Shown here: in pieces, positions 27,052 through 40,110 of the stretch
Position numbering within the stretch: position 1 is the first letter of the stretch
Layout of the letters: every line of letters starts with the position of its first letter
Source of the DNA: Octopus vulgaris
Taxonomy: Eukaryota
Reading direction: 5' to 3'
Length of the DNA: 64,000 nucleotides
Assembly: GCA_951406725.2 (NCBI GenBank)
Contig: OX597825.1
Coordinates: 64,666,001 to 64,730,000 of the forward strand
Translations under genes and position numbers: made by a program
The notes under the pieces: model-generated
Told to the model about the DNA's origin: nothing
Database searches by the model: none
The model's input: only the letters and a program-made list of their open reading frames with translations

Positions 27052-27643
27052 TATATAGCGAGAAAGGGAGAAATTTTGATGGTGAAAGAGGAAATTAAAG
27101 TTGAATTAATGAAACACAAATATTAGTAGAGATAGGGGTGTACACATTAAGATGTGCTAATAGTGCAATGGATGGTTAGTAGTGGTGGCGCTATTAATGC
27201 TATGAGTGGGAATGGTTGTGGAGGTTGTGTTGGCTGTACTATTAGTGGCAGTGGTGGTGTTTGAAGTAGTAGTAGTAGTAGTAGTAGCAACAGCAACGCT
27301 AGTAGTATTACTAGTAGTAGTAGTAGTTGCAATACAAGTAGAAACATAATGATTGTAAGGGCAGAGGTTGTGTGGGGAAAATGTATAGGATAGACAGTGT
27401 GAAGGAGAGAGAGAGAGGGAGAGGAAGAAAATATGAATGAAAGATAATAAAAACTAGATGAGAAATTAGGGAGAGAGATTAAATGAATGAATAAAGTAAG
27501 AATTTAACGGTATGGGTGTGTAAATGTGTGTGTATGCGCGTGTGTGTTTATGCTTGCATATATGTCTGCATGTATGAGTGTATTCATGTGTGAATGTTTT
27601 TCCATATACGAGCTTGCGCGTGCGTGTGTATGTGTGTGTGTGT

Positions 27644-27688
<45 letters not shown>

Positions 27689-27820
27689 ATTATTTATTCG
27701 ATTTTCAGTAAAGATGTATGACGAATACACTGCTATAGTGATGGGTTATATAAAGGGTAGCATAGGGAGTGAAGCAAAGAAAGACAAAAGGAAAGAGAAT
27801 GAGAGAGAAAGAAAGAGAGT

Positions 27821-27859
<39 letters not shown>

Positions 27860-29050
27860 AGGCGGAGAGAGAGTGTGTGACAGTAAAGAATATGGTGTAA
27901 AATTTTGAGAGCAGATGAAAGAAAGCAGAGAAGAAAAATCACAAAAATGAGTGAGAGAGAGAATCAGAGAGAATCAGAGAGGGAGAGAGATAGCTGTATG
28001 TGAAGGAGTTACTGAGTAAAGAAGAAGAGTTATGAGTGAGTAGAAATGTGTAGCAGATATTCAGCTGCCGACTAGATTTTTTATATTTAAAATAATGAAT
28101 GGATGTTATCATTAATTTAATGCAACTTGCATGATTTTTATGAGAAAAAATAATTTATCTCCACCTTTCTCTTCCCCTTCTCTCTATTTCTCTCTTCCTT
28201 TAATCTCTTTTCCTTTACCTTCAATCTTTCCTTCTCTTTGTTTCTTTTCTCTTTCAAATCTGTTTTTCTTAATTCTTTACACAGATTTCAAATTCAAACC
28301 TTTAATTTTTCAACTTTATTAGAAAGAGAAACCACTATCACCCACAAAAAAAAGCGCCATAGCAAAAGCTAAAACAGAAAAAAAAAATAACAGTACGCCT
28401 GCCACATTACTCAGAAAATATTGGCATGGTCATGCCAAAGATCAGAGCTTAGCATTTATTCATTCTCGTATATAGAAATTGGTGTTTTTCAATACTGACA
28501 GAAAGAACCCTGCTTGCAACGGAGATAGATTGAACAGAATACAATGTGTCCCTAATCCAATTGTGTACAGGAATGACGATTATTCATAATTTTGTAATGG
28601 CAACGCGATGTGTACTCGATTACACTTTTTATAGACTTTCTAGTACTGCTGATGCTGTTATTGTTGTTGCTGATGAAGTTGGTCTTTGTCTTTTCCTTCC
28701 TACTCGTGATGTTTATGCTGTAGCCGTTGTTGCTGGTGTGAAGCAGGGAGGAAGCATGAAACCACTTGAGCCTCATGATGGGGCAGAGTTAACTAAACAA
28801 CATGCTCTTTTAGCTGCGTGTAAACACGTGTACAGAGGTATAGGGAGGGGGTCTGTAAAAGTGTGAATAGAATGGTATAGAATAACTTAGAGTAGTGCAC
28901 AAGAATGGGACGAGGGGAATGAGGTGTGGGGATGAATTTCAGTATGAAAATAAGTGAGATTTCCTTTTTAGAATATGGCAAAGTGCATAAAATATACAAG
29001 AATATAAACACCCATTCGTCAACACACAAATAAATAAGCTAAAAAGAACG

Positions 29051-29101
<51 letters not shown>

Positions 29102-29858
29102 TAAACATACCGTAGTTATGTCACTTTAGTTACTCATAAACAGGCATAAATATTCATATACATATACGTGCATACCTATGTATACATGTATAGTATGCAT
29201 ATATTAGTGTTCTGCGATAAAGCATCGCCACTAATAGGTAAGAACACTTTACTATAAAGACACACATGCACATACATAATTGTACAGACGCAGATGTATT
29301 CATGTATGTTGTATGTTCACATACACACAGACACACACATACATAATCACACACATATATGCGTGTGTTATTCTTTTTCTGCAAAATTATTGAAATTATG
29401 TTACTCCCCGCTAATTTAGATCTTCCTCTCTTTGTATGCCTTTATATATATCTCTCTCTCTTTTTTTTCTTCTTCATATCTCTTCTGTTTCTCCCCCTTT
29501 CACTCACCCGTGTATCTCTATATTTTGTTTTTCGCATTCATCGATTTTTCTGACAGTATTTGGTATCAAATATCAGACATTGCACACAAAAAAAACAACA
29601 ATATCATCACTACCATTACTAGCAACAATAACAACAACAACGGTAGAAGCAGCAGCAGCAACAACGAATAAAAAACACAATCAGCAGCAGCAGCACATCA
29701 AACACCGAAAATATGCCCTTTTGCAATTTTTCTAATGTGATCACACGGTTTGAAGAGCGCCACCACACGGTAGCAAATGTACCACACATTTATACATTAT
29801 TTCTAATTCTCCAATACACAAGAAATAAATGAAAACAAATAAATGCATTAATGATAAC

Positions 29859-29893
<35 letters not shown>

Positions 29894-30169
29894 TAATAAT
29901 ATTAATAATAATAATAACAATAATAATAATATTAATAATAATAATAACAATAATAATAAAAATAATAATAAAAATTACAATAATAATAATTATAATAATA
30001 AACTAAATGCATTAATAATAAAATAAATAAATTCATAAAAATAAATAACTATACATAAAATACAAGAAAAATTAATATCAACTAAAATAAAAAAAATTTA
30101 AAATATAAACGAAAAAGAACGGAAGAATTAAGCTCGTCTCGTTCCACCGTCAATAGATTTCTCTTCAGA

Positions 30170-30243
30170 TTAGAATGCACTAACTCTCTGATTAGTCGAC
30201 GTAAACGATAAAAGTGACCTTTTGCTTAAAATATGTCCAAAAC
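30170..30243 (-). other. Candidate terminal coding exon (unverified)
   Basis: Very strong acceptor cttc(t)n-c-(t)n-cag|G at 30244/30243. Phase-1 frame reads (G)FGHILSKRSLLSFTSTNQRVSAF*. About 2 kb of TE-free, 3'UTR-like sequence follows (to ~28100). Confidence 0.35.
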
Positions 30244-30423
30244 CTGAAAAAAAAGAAAAAAAAAAGAAGCGAATCATTGATTGACAGTGTGACCTTTACT
30301 TTGTGACAATTTGTTTCTTTCGTCTATTCCCTGCACTTCGCTAGTTTTCTATTGAAGCTGTTTTAACTGAAAACATCAAAAGCGGAAAGAATTTTCTCTT
30401 TTGAAAAATTTTAAAAAATATTC

Positions 30424-30481
<58 letters not shown>

Positions 30482-31187
30482 GTGTTTGTGTGTGTGCGCG
30501 TGTGTGGTTTCGGTATTTGGTTTCTAGTTTGGGTATGTAACTGTTTGCAACATGTGATTACTTGAACTGAGGTTTTAACCTCCTTTCGCATGGTTTCTAT
30601 TAGGAATAATGATCGAACTTGCCGAAAGAGAGAGAGAGAGAGAGAGGGTGCAGAGAGGGTTGTAAACCGAGAGAGCTGTTATCGCAAGCATCGTATGCCA
30701 AAGCTTCCAACACTGAGAGGAGATAAAGGAACGTTAGAAAAATGCAGAGAAGCAGAAGGAAGAAAAAAAGGATGAAGCTGATGAGGAGGACGGGACATAG
30801 TTTATAAATGACGATGGAAGTTGCAGGAGGCAGTTAAAAGTACAACGGTGAAAATAGAATTATTAAACAAAAACAGAGACAGAAGAAAAAGGAAATTATA
30901 TTTAAAACAAAGAAAAAAAAACCTAGAATGTTACGTGTCAACAAGAGACCAACCCCACCACATGTGGCGAAAGCACATGGTATGCTGGAAAAAAGCAGTT
31001 GAACGGAATTGGATTGTGTGCTGTGTTGACTTGGATTTCATTTCGTGAAAGAAAAACCTAATAACAAAACATGATGGCCGCAAGTGGAACGACTTTAACC
31101 AACGACCTGATTTACTCATACTGCTAAAATGACACCTACTACTACTACTACTACTACTAATAATAATAATACTACTACTACTACTAC

Positions 31188-33120
31188 TTTTTTGGCAAAG
31201 AACTTTAAATCATGCATGTAAATGAGATGATTTATATTTCTATCAAACATTTTATAGCCATCATGTATATCATCAAGCAATTTCGAGAGCGGTATTAAGG
31301 TTAGGCAAAAGAGGAGTCACCCTGGAAAATGCTACATGAAATTCTTACATCTCCAGCATTAAGAGATTCATTGTCACTGTTCAAAGTCATTGTGGTTCTC
31401 CATGATCTCATACTTACAGGCACACGTTTCGCGGAGTAGGTGCTATTTTATACATTTCTTAATCCAGCTATGTGGTAGACTATCACAAGCTTTTTTATAA
31501 TCTATTCAGGCTATCGACAAGTTTTTGTGTCGTTTGTGACAATCTCGCAAGATCATCATATTGATGAGCAGCTGATCTTTACAGCCATAGGACCCATGTT
31601 TACATTCTTTTTGCTCATTAGGGAATATACCACTTTCTATTAAAAACACTATAGGTATTTTCAGTCAAGACAGATGTTAGCATTTTAAACATTGTTGTTA
31701 AGCAGATTTATATATCCTCTACCTTGATACCCTCCCACTTTTGCTCTTCTGAGGAGACTAAATCTGTAGGTATTCTATCAATCTTTGTGATTTTTCTTCT
31801 GCCCAAATGTTATTCCAAAATTCCTGCACTTTTTCTTTTGATGGGACATACTTTATTATACATGGTATTTTCCCTATCTTCCTGCAAAAATATTTTGGAT
31901 TATTTTCGAACATGTTATCCTTGAAGAATCCAACGCACTTTTCATACCTTCCTATGCGGGCAGCTTTTGCACATACTTTTTGCTTGATAGTTTCTATGGT
32001 GCTATCAATGTCAAATGTGGTTTCCATATATTTTTTCTTTACTTTTCAGATTTTTGTCGGTTTGATATTCTTGTCAAACATAAAGTTTCTTAAACATTTT
32101 ATGTCAGATTTAAGTAGCTGAATTTGGTGTTGAATACCCTCTTGCCAAGTAGGCTTTTTGGTGAGAATGTTGTCGTTTTCTGATCTATTCACTACATAGA
32201 ATCGTTGAGATTTTCGCGGATGCATAGTACAGGTTATTGACATCTGTAATATCAATATCATTAGCTGAAATTATATCCTTAAGTTCAAGGTGGATTTCAC
32301 GAACTCCTTTGGTTAGGATTGCGAAATTTTGGGAGAGTTTCGCGTTCATTCATACCCGTTTTCTTTAATTTTCAGCCATTCAGTCGTGCTTTGATATTTT
32401 TATGCAGTCCTGTTGGGTCAATTTCTGTGTGACTTTCTTCATGTATTTGATTTTCATCTACCTTAGTGTTTACGGTTGGTTCAGAAAGTATTTCCCTTTG
32501 CTTATCAGTTACATTACGCCTTTCAATCATTATTGCATTTTCATCAGACCTGGGCTGGTCTATAATTATTTCCTCTGTAGTATCCTCTTTAGCTGCAACT
32601 TCGTTCTTTTTATCTCTTAGTGATTGTTTAATTTGGTCAGTCTCTAATTCAGTTAGTAATTTCTCTTTCATAATGTTACTTCTGACGTTGGCAAGGTTGT
32701 TACTCTCTATGTCTTACTTTAAGGTGTTTCTGCTTCCTGTTTAAGTAGGTTTGTACAGTAGTAGATTTATTTGGGGGGAATATATGGCATGCTAGAAGTC
32801 CTTAAGAACTTCTTTATTTTCCCCCTAGACCATTTTCCATTCTTTTTCTTTTGGTTATTTGATGAAGAGCATGGCTGGCCATCTGTTGGAATATTCCGGT
32901 TGTGGGGTACTTCCAGCTCCTGTATTTCGGGAAGATTTGAACTTGTAGCTGATTTCTCAAATCGAATTTCGTTCATCATTCGGGTATGCGGTCCTTGGTG
33001 ATCTGGGTGAAGGGAACCGGTTTGTATTTTACTTTGTTATCATTGACGCATGACGAGCTTGGACTTTGACATTAAGGGGCGGATCTGTCTGTTTAGGGAT
33101 AATTTTTTCAGACATCACCG
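31188..33120 (-). mobile_element. Decayed R4/Dong-like (RLE-type) non-LTR retrotransposon, 3' part missing
   Basis: Minus-strand RT motifs GSYGCKDQLLIN..RHKNLSIA*IDYKKACDSLPHSWI (~31461-31595), IFQGDS (31313-31330), NHLIYMHDLKFFAK (31191-31232). N-terminal LANVRSNIMKEKLLTELE and IKQKVCAKAARIGRY..FENNPKYF are typical of R4/Dong. Confidence 0.85.
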
Positions 33121-33778
33121 CTTCTGAGTTCTCTGCATGAAAACATTGCTCGTATCGTAGCATCTTAAGGCTACCATATCTGTATTTTTTGTTGATAGAT
33201 TTATCTCCAGGCATATTTTTTGTGGTGTTTTTAAAATTATGAAGTGTTCACTCTGTCTGTGATAGTTCGAAAAATGAAAAAAAAATTGTTTGTTGTATTT
33301 TTCTGTTATTGCTTTGCTTGTAACACGTGTTTTCATATGCCTGTATGTGTGTCCTATAAATTTCACGTAGTTGTGTAAACATTGGGATGTATGTTTAGTC
33401 CTTAAGGTATTAAAATGTATATAGGATTGTGTAGACTTTCGAGTGTATGCGTAATTACTCAATTTATGTACTTATTGTTTTGTTCCATTTATATTTTATA
33501 ATTTGCAAACTTTCCGATGTTGATTTCGCGTGTGTATTCCCAAATGTTTCACAGAGACATCGTGCATAGGAGAAATTGTGCTTTGTATGGCATTAAAATT
33601 ACATTTTTGTGATTATTTTCGTTAATTAAAAGACTGCTTCCTTCAAGTCTTCAACAGGTTCTTTTATCCCATTCCACCGATGTTATTAGATTAGATTTGT
33701 TTTTAAATGGAGAACTCGATGTAGCCACATCCCTGCTGTTATTCAGCGCGGAGCTCATCCCTTATTATTATTATTATA

Positions 33779-33819
<41 letters not shown>

Positions 33820-33821
33820 CT

Positions 33822-34220
33822 AAGGCAGCGAGCTGGCAGAAACGTTAGCACGCCGGGCGAAATGCTTCGCGGTATTTCGTCTGCCGCTACGTTCTGAGTT
33901 CAAATTCCGCCGAGGTCGACTTTGCCTTTCATCCTTTCGGGGTCGATTAAATAAGTTCCAGTTACGCACTGGGGTCGATATATTCGAATTAATCCGTTTG
34001 TCTGCCCTTGTTAGTTCCCTCTGTGTTTAGCCCCTCGTGGGTAGTAAAGAAATAGATAATCCGCCCGTCGCTACATTTTGTTATCAAATTCCGCCGAGGT
34101 CGACTTTTACCTTTCATCATATCGGGGTCGATATATTAAGTAACAGTTATGCACTGGTGTTGATGTAATCCACTTACCCCCCCTCCTAAACTGCAGGCTT
34201 TGTGCCAAAAGTTTAAAATT
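33822..34220 (+). mobile_element. Family A SINE: head plus two units, after a (TAT)n tract
   Basis: Head at 33822; tail ...aaagaaatag is joined at ~34056 to a second body (ataatccgcccgtcgctac) that ends in the alternative tail (ccccccctcctaaactgcaggctttgtgccaaaa). Confidence 0.85.
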
Positions 34221-35079
34221 CCCACAATTATTATTATCGTTATTGTTATCATTATTATTATTGTTATCGTCATAGATGTACTTACAGGAAATTTAATTCA
34301 TTTCTGTATTTCATTTTCAATTTCGTCCATTATACAAAATATAGTGTATCTTTCTTTATAAACAGTCAACCATATAGAAGTTATTGTCGATTATATTCCC
34401 AAATAATAAATAGTATTGCCTCATAACAAAGAGGTAAGCTGAGTGCAAAAATCAGATGAGTTTCAAATTTGAAAGTGAAAGATTGATAGAAATTATATAA
34501 AAACTTTTTTGGGGTGCACAATGTCAAAATACGTAATGGGTTACTTAAACCATACATAATTGTTTATAGTAAAATCGTATCTATAATTCACACACACACA
34601 CACAGACACACACGAGCACACATATATGTATTCAGGCACAGTCAAGCGTGCACGTACTTCCTCTAACGTAAGTAGAGTATAGATGCACTGATGCACAAAT
34701 ATGCAGTAATTGTGTGTGTGTGTGTGTGTGTGTGTCTCTGTGTGTGTGTATGTGTGTGTGTGTGTGTGTAATTGTAACACACAATATTTGACGTAATCAA
34801 CCAATGAATTTTGATTAAAATCCGTTGAATAGAGAATGCAGAGAGGGAAGGGAAGCTGATTTTCGCAGTTTGGTGAAGCGTAATACATTTCGTTATAATT
34901 AGGCTTCGTCAGCGGTCCATCCTCTAACTGATACATCGAATTCTGTAATAATTATAGACATGTATAGTTTGTTTGTGAAAGAAAATGCAATAAACTAAGG
35001 GTCTTGACTGGGGAAACACCGAATGTCACTTCGTGCATGGAGTGCTGTAGCAGTGTATTAATTACGCTTAGGTGATCTA

Positions 35080-35295
35080 TTGGTTTCAAATTTTGGCTAG
35101 ACCAGCAATATCGGGGGTTGGGGTGCTAGTCGATTAGATCCATCCCAATGCTCAACTGGAATTATTTTATCGACCTAGAAAGGATATAAAGCAAAGTTAA
35201 CCTAGACGGAATTTGAACATGGAAAATGAAGATTGATGAAATGCTGCGAAGAATTTTGTCCGGCACGCTAACGACTCTTCTTGATCGCTGCCGTC
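35080..35295 (-). mobile_element. Decayed family A SINE
   Basis: Reverse-complement tail ttggtttcaaattttggc, core ttttatcgacctagaaagg, box B ggaatttgaac. Confidence 0.7.
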
Positions 35296-35323
35296 CTTAG
35301 GTGATATATTAAGAGAAATTATA

Positions 35324-35882
35324 TTGGGTTGTCCGGAAAGTTCGTGCCGATTTACAATAGCTTACATTTCGACTTATTTTAGAACATGGTTGAGTCCATA
35401 AAATAGGATTTGACTACACCTCCATTTAGAGCACAGTTTAAGCTATCTTTTCGTGGAAGAAGGTTTATGTTCCTATAACCTGTGTTAATTCTATAACCCT
35501 TTAAAATGGAAGATAAGAAAGTTCATTTTCGGCTCTTGATGCTTTGGGAACTAGACAAAAATTGCTGCAGCTCGGCTGGGATATGTTACCCCACCCTCCA
35601 TATTCACCAGATATTGCTCCTTCGGATTTCCACTTATTCAAGTCTCTGCAGAATAGTCTTAATGGTAAACATTTCAATTCCTTAGATGGCGTAAAAAGAT
35701 ATCTTGATGAATTCTTTGTCATTAAACCACCTCAATTCTGGGAAGAGGGTATTTTCAAGTTAAACGAAAGATGGAGACGCATTGTGAAAACAAAATGGTT
35801 CATATTCGGTTGATTAAAAATGTAATGGCAATTATTTATTGACCTTTTCCTTTCCTTTAAAAATCGGCACGAACTTTCCCAA
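35324..35882 (+). mobile_element. Internally deleted mariner transposon (transposase pseudogene)
   Basis: TIR ttgggttgtccggaaagttcgtgccgattt / aaatcggcacgaactttcc..caa with TA flanks. N-terminus MEDKKVHFRLLMLWE (ATG 35506) is fused out of frame to the C-terminus TRQKLLQLGWDMLPHPPYSPDIAPSDFHLFKSLQNSLNGK...FWEEGIFKLNERWRRIV. Confidence 0.95.
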
Positions 35883-37602
35883 TATAAAATAATATCAGTT
35901 GATTATAATTCTACATACACACACATACTGTGTATAGTGTACGTAAGTATATGCTAACTCATTCGTTTTAGTTCACTCTCCCTGCTTTTCAGTCTCTTCT
36001 TCCAGTGCAATCTTTCCTTGTCAGTGTTCAAATGTTTTGCTAAGAATTTAACTTTTCTATAATGTAGTCTTGGATTCTACCTTATCTTCACAAAATGTTC
36101 ACCAGTGATGCTTCTGGTGAAACTAAGCTTTGTATGTGAAACATTGGGCACGAAAACTATGCATACAGAATCCCGTTCTCTGGACTGTACCCGTATATCC
36201 CTTGGTCAGCTTCGCGGCTGACAGTATCACGATAATTCTGATCTAGTGTATAGTAATTTCACATGTATCTTGGGAATATTCAACCACTTGTACTAAAATG
36301 AAGTGAGCGCAAACTTCAGGTTATTGAATCACTGAATAAGCAATCGTCGAAACCGACGGATGATTCATTTGCCTGTTTATGCGTGGTCGCGGATTCATGT
36401 ACGTTCGTTCGGTAGTATGTATGTGTGTATTCGGGTTTCTGTGTGTTTCTGAGTGAGTCGGGAAAAGTGTGAATTGTATTATTTTTTCTATTTTGTTTTA
36501 TTCGAGCAACACATGTTTATGTATACCATTGACCTCTCCATATGCAAATCTTACATAACCATATTAAATAGCTTGTACGAAGCGGTTATTGTAAACATCC
36601 TGGGATAACCCAATACATCGTCAGACATTCAGTCATACAGCTGAGAGATGATATCACTCAGAGATCATATCTCTAAAGAAATCTAGAACTGATATCTCGA
36701 TCATATGTTATCTTGTAAGCTAAAGTATATGTAGTAGACATCTATTTCCTGGAGCAAATTAGATAAACATTGTGGGCAGAATATGTTTGCATGTTTTATT
36801 CAAGGAAATAGATATAGGCAGTAGGCGAGCCAACGAAAATAGTCTAAATACTAGCGTTCAACTTGCTTAAAACCACAACTATATTTTGCTCAAACCAGAG
36901 TAAGGCAAAGCGGGGCCAAGTGAAAGCAGGAGGTGAGAATGAAACATCGACTGAATAGGAGAGAAGAAGAGAGAGATAGGAAAATAGAGAAAGAGTGTAA
37001 AAGAGCAAGACAGAATGGTATATTAAGCTTAGTGAAAATATAGCGATATGAAAGTATCGTGAAAATAAATATGTTAAATAATCAAGTTCTATGTAAGAAA
37101 CAGATGGAATTGCCACGACTGGAACATATTTGATCATGTGTCTTGTTTGTTAAAGCTGATTTAGGCCTTAGCAAAGATATTTGCAGAGAGTTGAATGTCT
37201 CTGAATATCTTTATATTCTTATATTTCGGAATATCTTTATTCTGTTCCATTTCTCGGTGCGTAACAGATGTTTGAAACAAATATCAAGGGCCGAGCAATG
37301 AAAGCTGAATCAATACGGAAAAATACCATTTCAGAAACAATAGTGAATCTCTCTCCCCCGCTCCTCTCTTTCGCCCTCACCTTCTCTTTCTCTTATGTTA
37401 ATTTAGTAGAAATATTTCTAGTGTTGTCATTGCAATATATCACTTTTTGGTCTGGTCGATACAATAAGAACCAAGAAATTATTGAAATTAAGTAGACTTC
37501 AGCCTTATCATGGATCATTATTTCGTTCCTGTGCAAGCAAAATCACGTCATTTTAGAAAACTTCCAAGAAATCAATTATTAAGAATCCACACGCTCACTC
37601 GG

Positions 37603-37893
37603 TGGAGGCACATGACTTAGTTGGTTAGAGCGAGCTAGGGATCGCAAGTTCGAATCTCAAATCGTGCGAAGTGTTTATGAGCGTAACGCCTAAGCTCTAC
37701 GCTGCTCCAGCAGAAGGTAATGGCGAACTTCTGCTGACTCTTTCGCCACAACTTTCTCTGTCTTTCCTCCTGCATCTTGCAGCTCACCTCTGACGGACCT
37801 GCGTCGCGTCCAGGTGGGGAACCTATACGCCAATGAAACCGGGAAAACGGCCTTTATAAGCCAGGCATGTCTCGAGAAGGAAGAAACAGCAAC
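37603..37893 (+). mobile_element. Decayed family C SINE, 3' module type 2 (V-domain-like)
   Basis: Head ggaggcacatgacttagttggttagag..gttcgaatc; shared body ctctttcgccacaactttctct; gacggacctgcgtcgcgtccaggtgggg...gaaaccgggaaa. Confidence 0.7.
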
Positions 37894-38259
37894 ATGCTCA
37901 CTCGACCCGACTTGCTAGAAATAACAACCGTCTTATAAATGAACATATAGCATACTGAAGGAAAGGCATTGAATGGTTATTACTGCAATGTTCTCTGCTA
38001 ATATGTAATTGCTTCAATCTAAATAGTAAGGACTATAAACGCAATACATACTTTCAATACTTGTATTTGGTGGTTGTGTTGCTCACCTGAAGCAGTTGTA
38101 CTTAGGTATTAAACTTAAGAGAGAAACGTAGCCAACAGCATTTCTCCAAATGCATATAGAAACGTTTAAACAATGTCTGTTATTCGCTAATAAAGTGGGA
38201 TAGAGAAATAGTTAGGAAATAAAAGGATGTGGGTATATTTATTATGTAGACCCATATAT

Positions 38260-38455
38260 TGGTTTCTAATTTTGAAACAAGACCAGCCGAAGATGAGTCA
38301 ATCAAATCAACTCCAGTGTTCAACTAATAATTATTTTATCGGGATGAATGGCAAAGTCGACCTCGGCGGAATTTGAACTCAGAACGTAAAAACGGAAGAA
38401 ATGCTACGAAGCATTTTCCCGGGCAGGCTAACGATTCTGCCGGTTCGCTGCCTTC
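38260..38455 (-). mobile_element. Decayed family A SINE
   Basis: ggcaaagtcgacctcggcggaatttgaactcagaacg...aacgattctgccggttcgctgcctt. Confidence 0.8.
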
Positions 38456-39852
38456 ATGTAGTCGTATATATTACAACAAACAACAAAGACACACTGGTTG
38501 TAAAACTAAATGGAGGCAATTTACAATTTATGAAAGGAGGGAATTTCTACTGATATATAGAGTATGAAATAAAAATGTTTCGAGAGTCTATTAAATCATT
38601 TCATATCTTCGATCAGAGAGAATTGGTACCTAATTATTCCTCACAACACTATAGTAGTTATCAACTTTTATTTAACACAGATAATGAACTGTAGCAAAGA
38701 CGGTGAAGTAGAAGAAAAGAGAATGTATCGAACAAAATGTTATATATTGTGGACACATTATCTGTTAGTAAAACTGACGTTGCCGAATATATTAGCCTTG
38801 GATTCGCGAGTGTTATATTTCTGGCAAATTAATTCTGATATTGTCTCCTGTATTTAAATTGTAGGATGAGTGAATTTCATTTCACGAAAAAAAAAAAAAA
38901 AAAGAAAAAAAAATGAATTACATTAAAGTTTCTTCTTGAAAATTAAGGGAAGACTGCAAGTGAGAGGTATGAACCGTGTGACCCGGTCGGCAATGGTTAA
39001 TACAAACTATTAAACATGGTTATTATGGATTGATTGGACTATTAACCGCGTCAGATGAAGTTAATTGTCTGATCAATCTTTAATGTTTCAGTAATCACTC
39101 AACTCAACAATTACAGACATTAAAAACAATGACATTACGATTAATGAACACCTTTTATGAGATCCTTCAGTGATATGCATACACACGCACTCAGACACGT
39201 GCATGTGTTTGTGCGTGTGTGTATATAGTAACACAAACATATATATAAATAGATATATACCATATCTCTTCCCTCAGAAAATCGACCTCCTTCACAGTGC
39301 TGTTTATACTTATACTCTTCGCCACCCTTTAATTCTATGTACATTCCGTTTCTCTAAATTCATATCTCCCTCATTAATTAAACGACTCTATACATATTAA
39401 AAACCCTACAAAATTCTTATCTGTAAAAAGCTGTTCCCTCGGTATGTTCCTTGAAGCCGCATGAGTTGAACTTATTGTAGATTCAGGCATATGTAATAAT
39501 TTATCAGTCTTTGAGCAAACTATACATTTCACTGTTCAGAAATATTTTATTAAATATATAAATGTGTTTGTATTTGTGAACTTTGGCACTACAATCTCTT
39601 TTCATTCATCCATATTTAAAAACTTTAAAGAGTCCATGACAACTTGTTTTAGTACATTATTCACAGGATGAAAATGGACTATTGAATAAATCGATGAATA
39701 TTAGAGTATATAAAACAAGAATCATTACAAGATATATAGATCTATCGTCTGACAAATGGGAGCGAAGGCATGCTACTAATCTGGCAATTCAGGCTGCGGG
39801 ATAAAACAGCTCGTCTCTCAGGTACTAGTTCATCCAGTTCCAATCGTATGTA

Positions 39853-39915
<63 letters not shown>

Positions 39916-39929
39916 GCCAAGTTGAACTG

Positions 39930-40110
39930 CTGAAATCCACAAGTTTTCTTCATTCTCTGTTTGTTTATATCCTCCTATTCCTTTCTGTTGAAGAGCGTAG
40001 GCTCGAAATGTGAAAGACCTTTTCATTTTTCCTAAGCGTCAAACTAATATTCTTGTTTGTTGTTCATACACCTGTCTTCGTCTATCGTTTTTTATATAAA
40101 TTTCAACTAT
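39930..40110 (+). repeat. Dispersed repeat with a hammerhead-like motif (copy 1)
   Basis: Homologous in reverse to 58218-58390. Motif cttt-ctgttga-a-gagc-gtag-gctc-gaaa-tgtg-aaag at 39981-40016. Flanked by (TA)/(TG) microsatellites. Confidence 0.7.

Noticed and set aside
28546-29735. Plus-strand ORFs and acceptors (28285, 29557) with Q/T/A runs
   Set aside because: Low-complexity, UTR-like sequence; strand and coding status cannot be decided from sequence alone.
34780-34942. Minus ORF start MYQLEDGPLTKPNYNEMYYASPNCE
   Set aside because: It looks protein-like but has a weak acceptor, no donor, and runs into a (CA)n tract.
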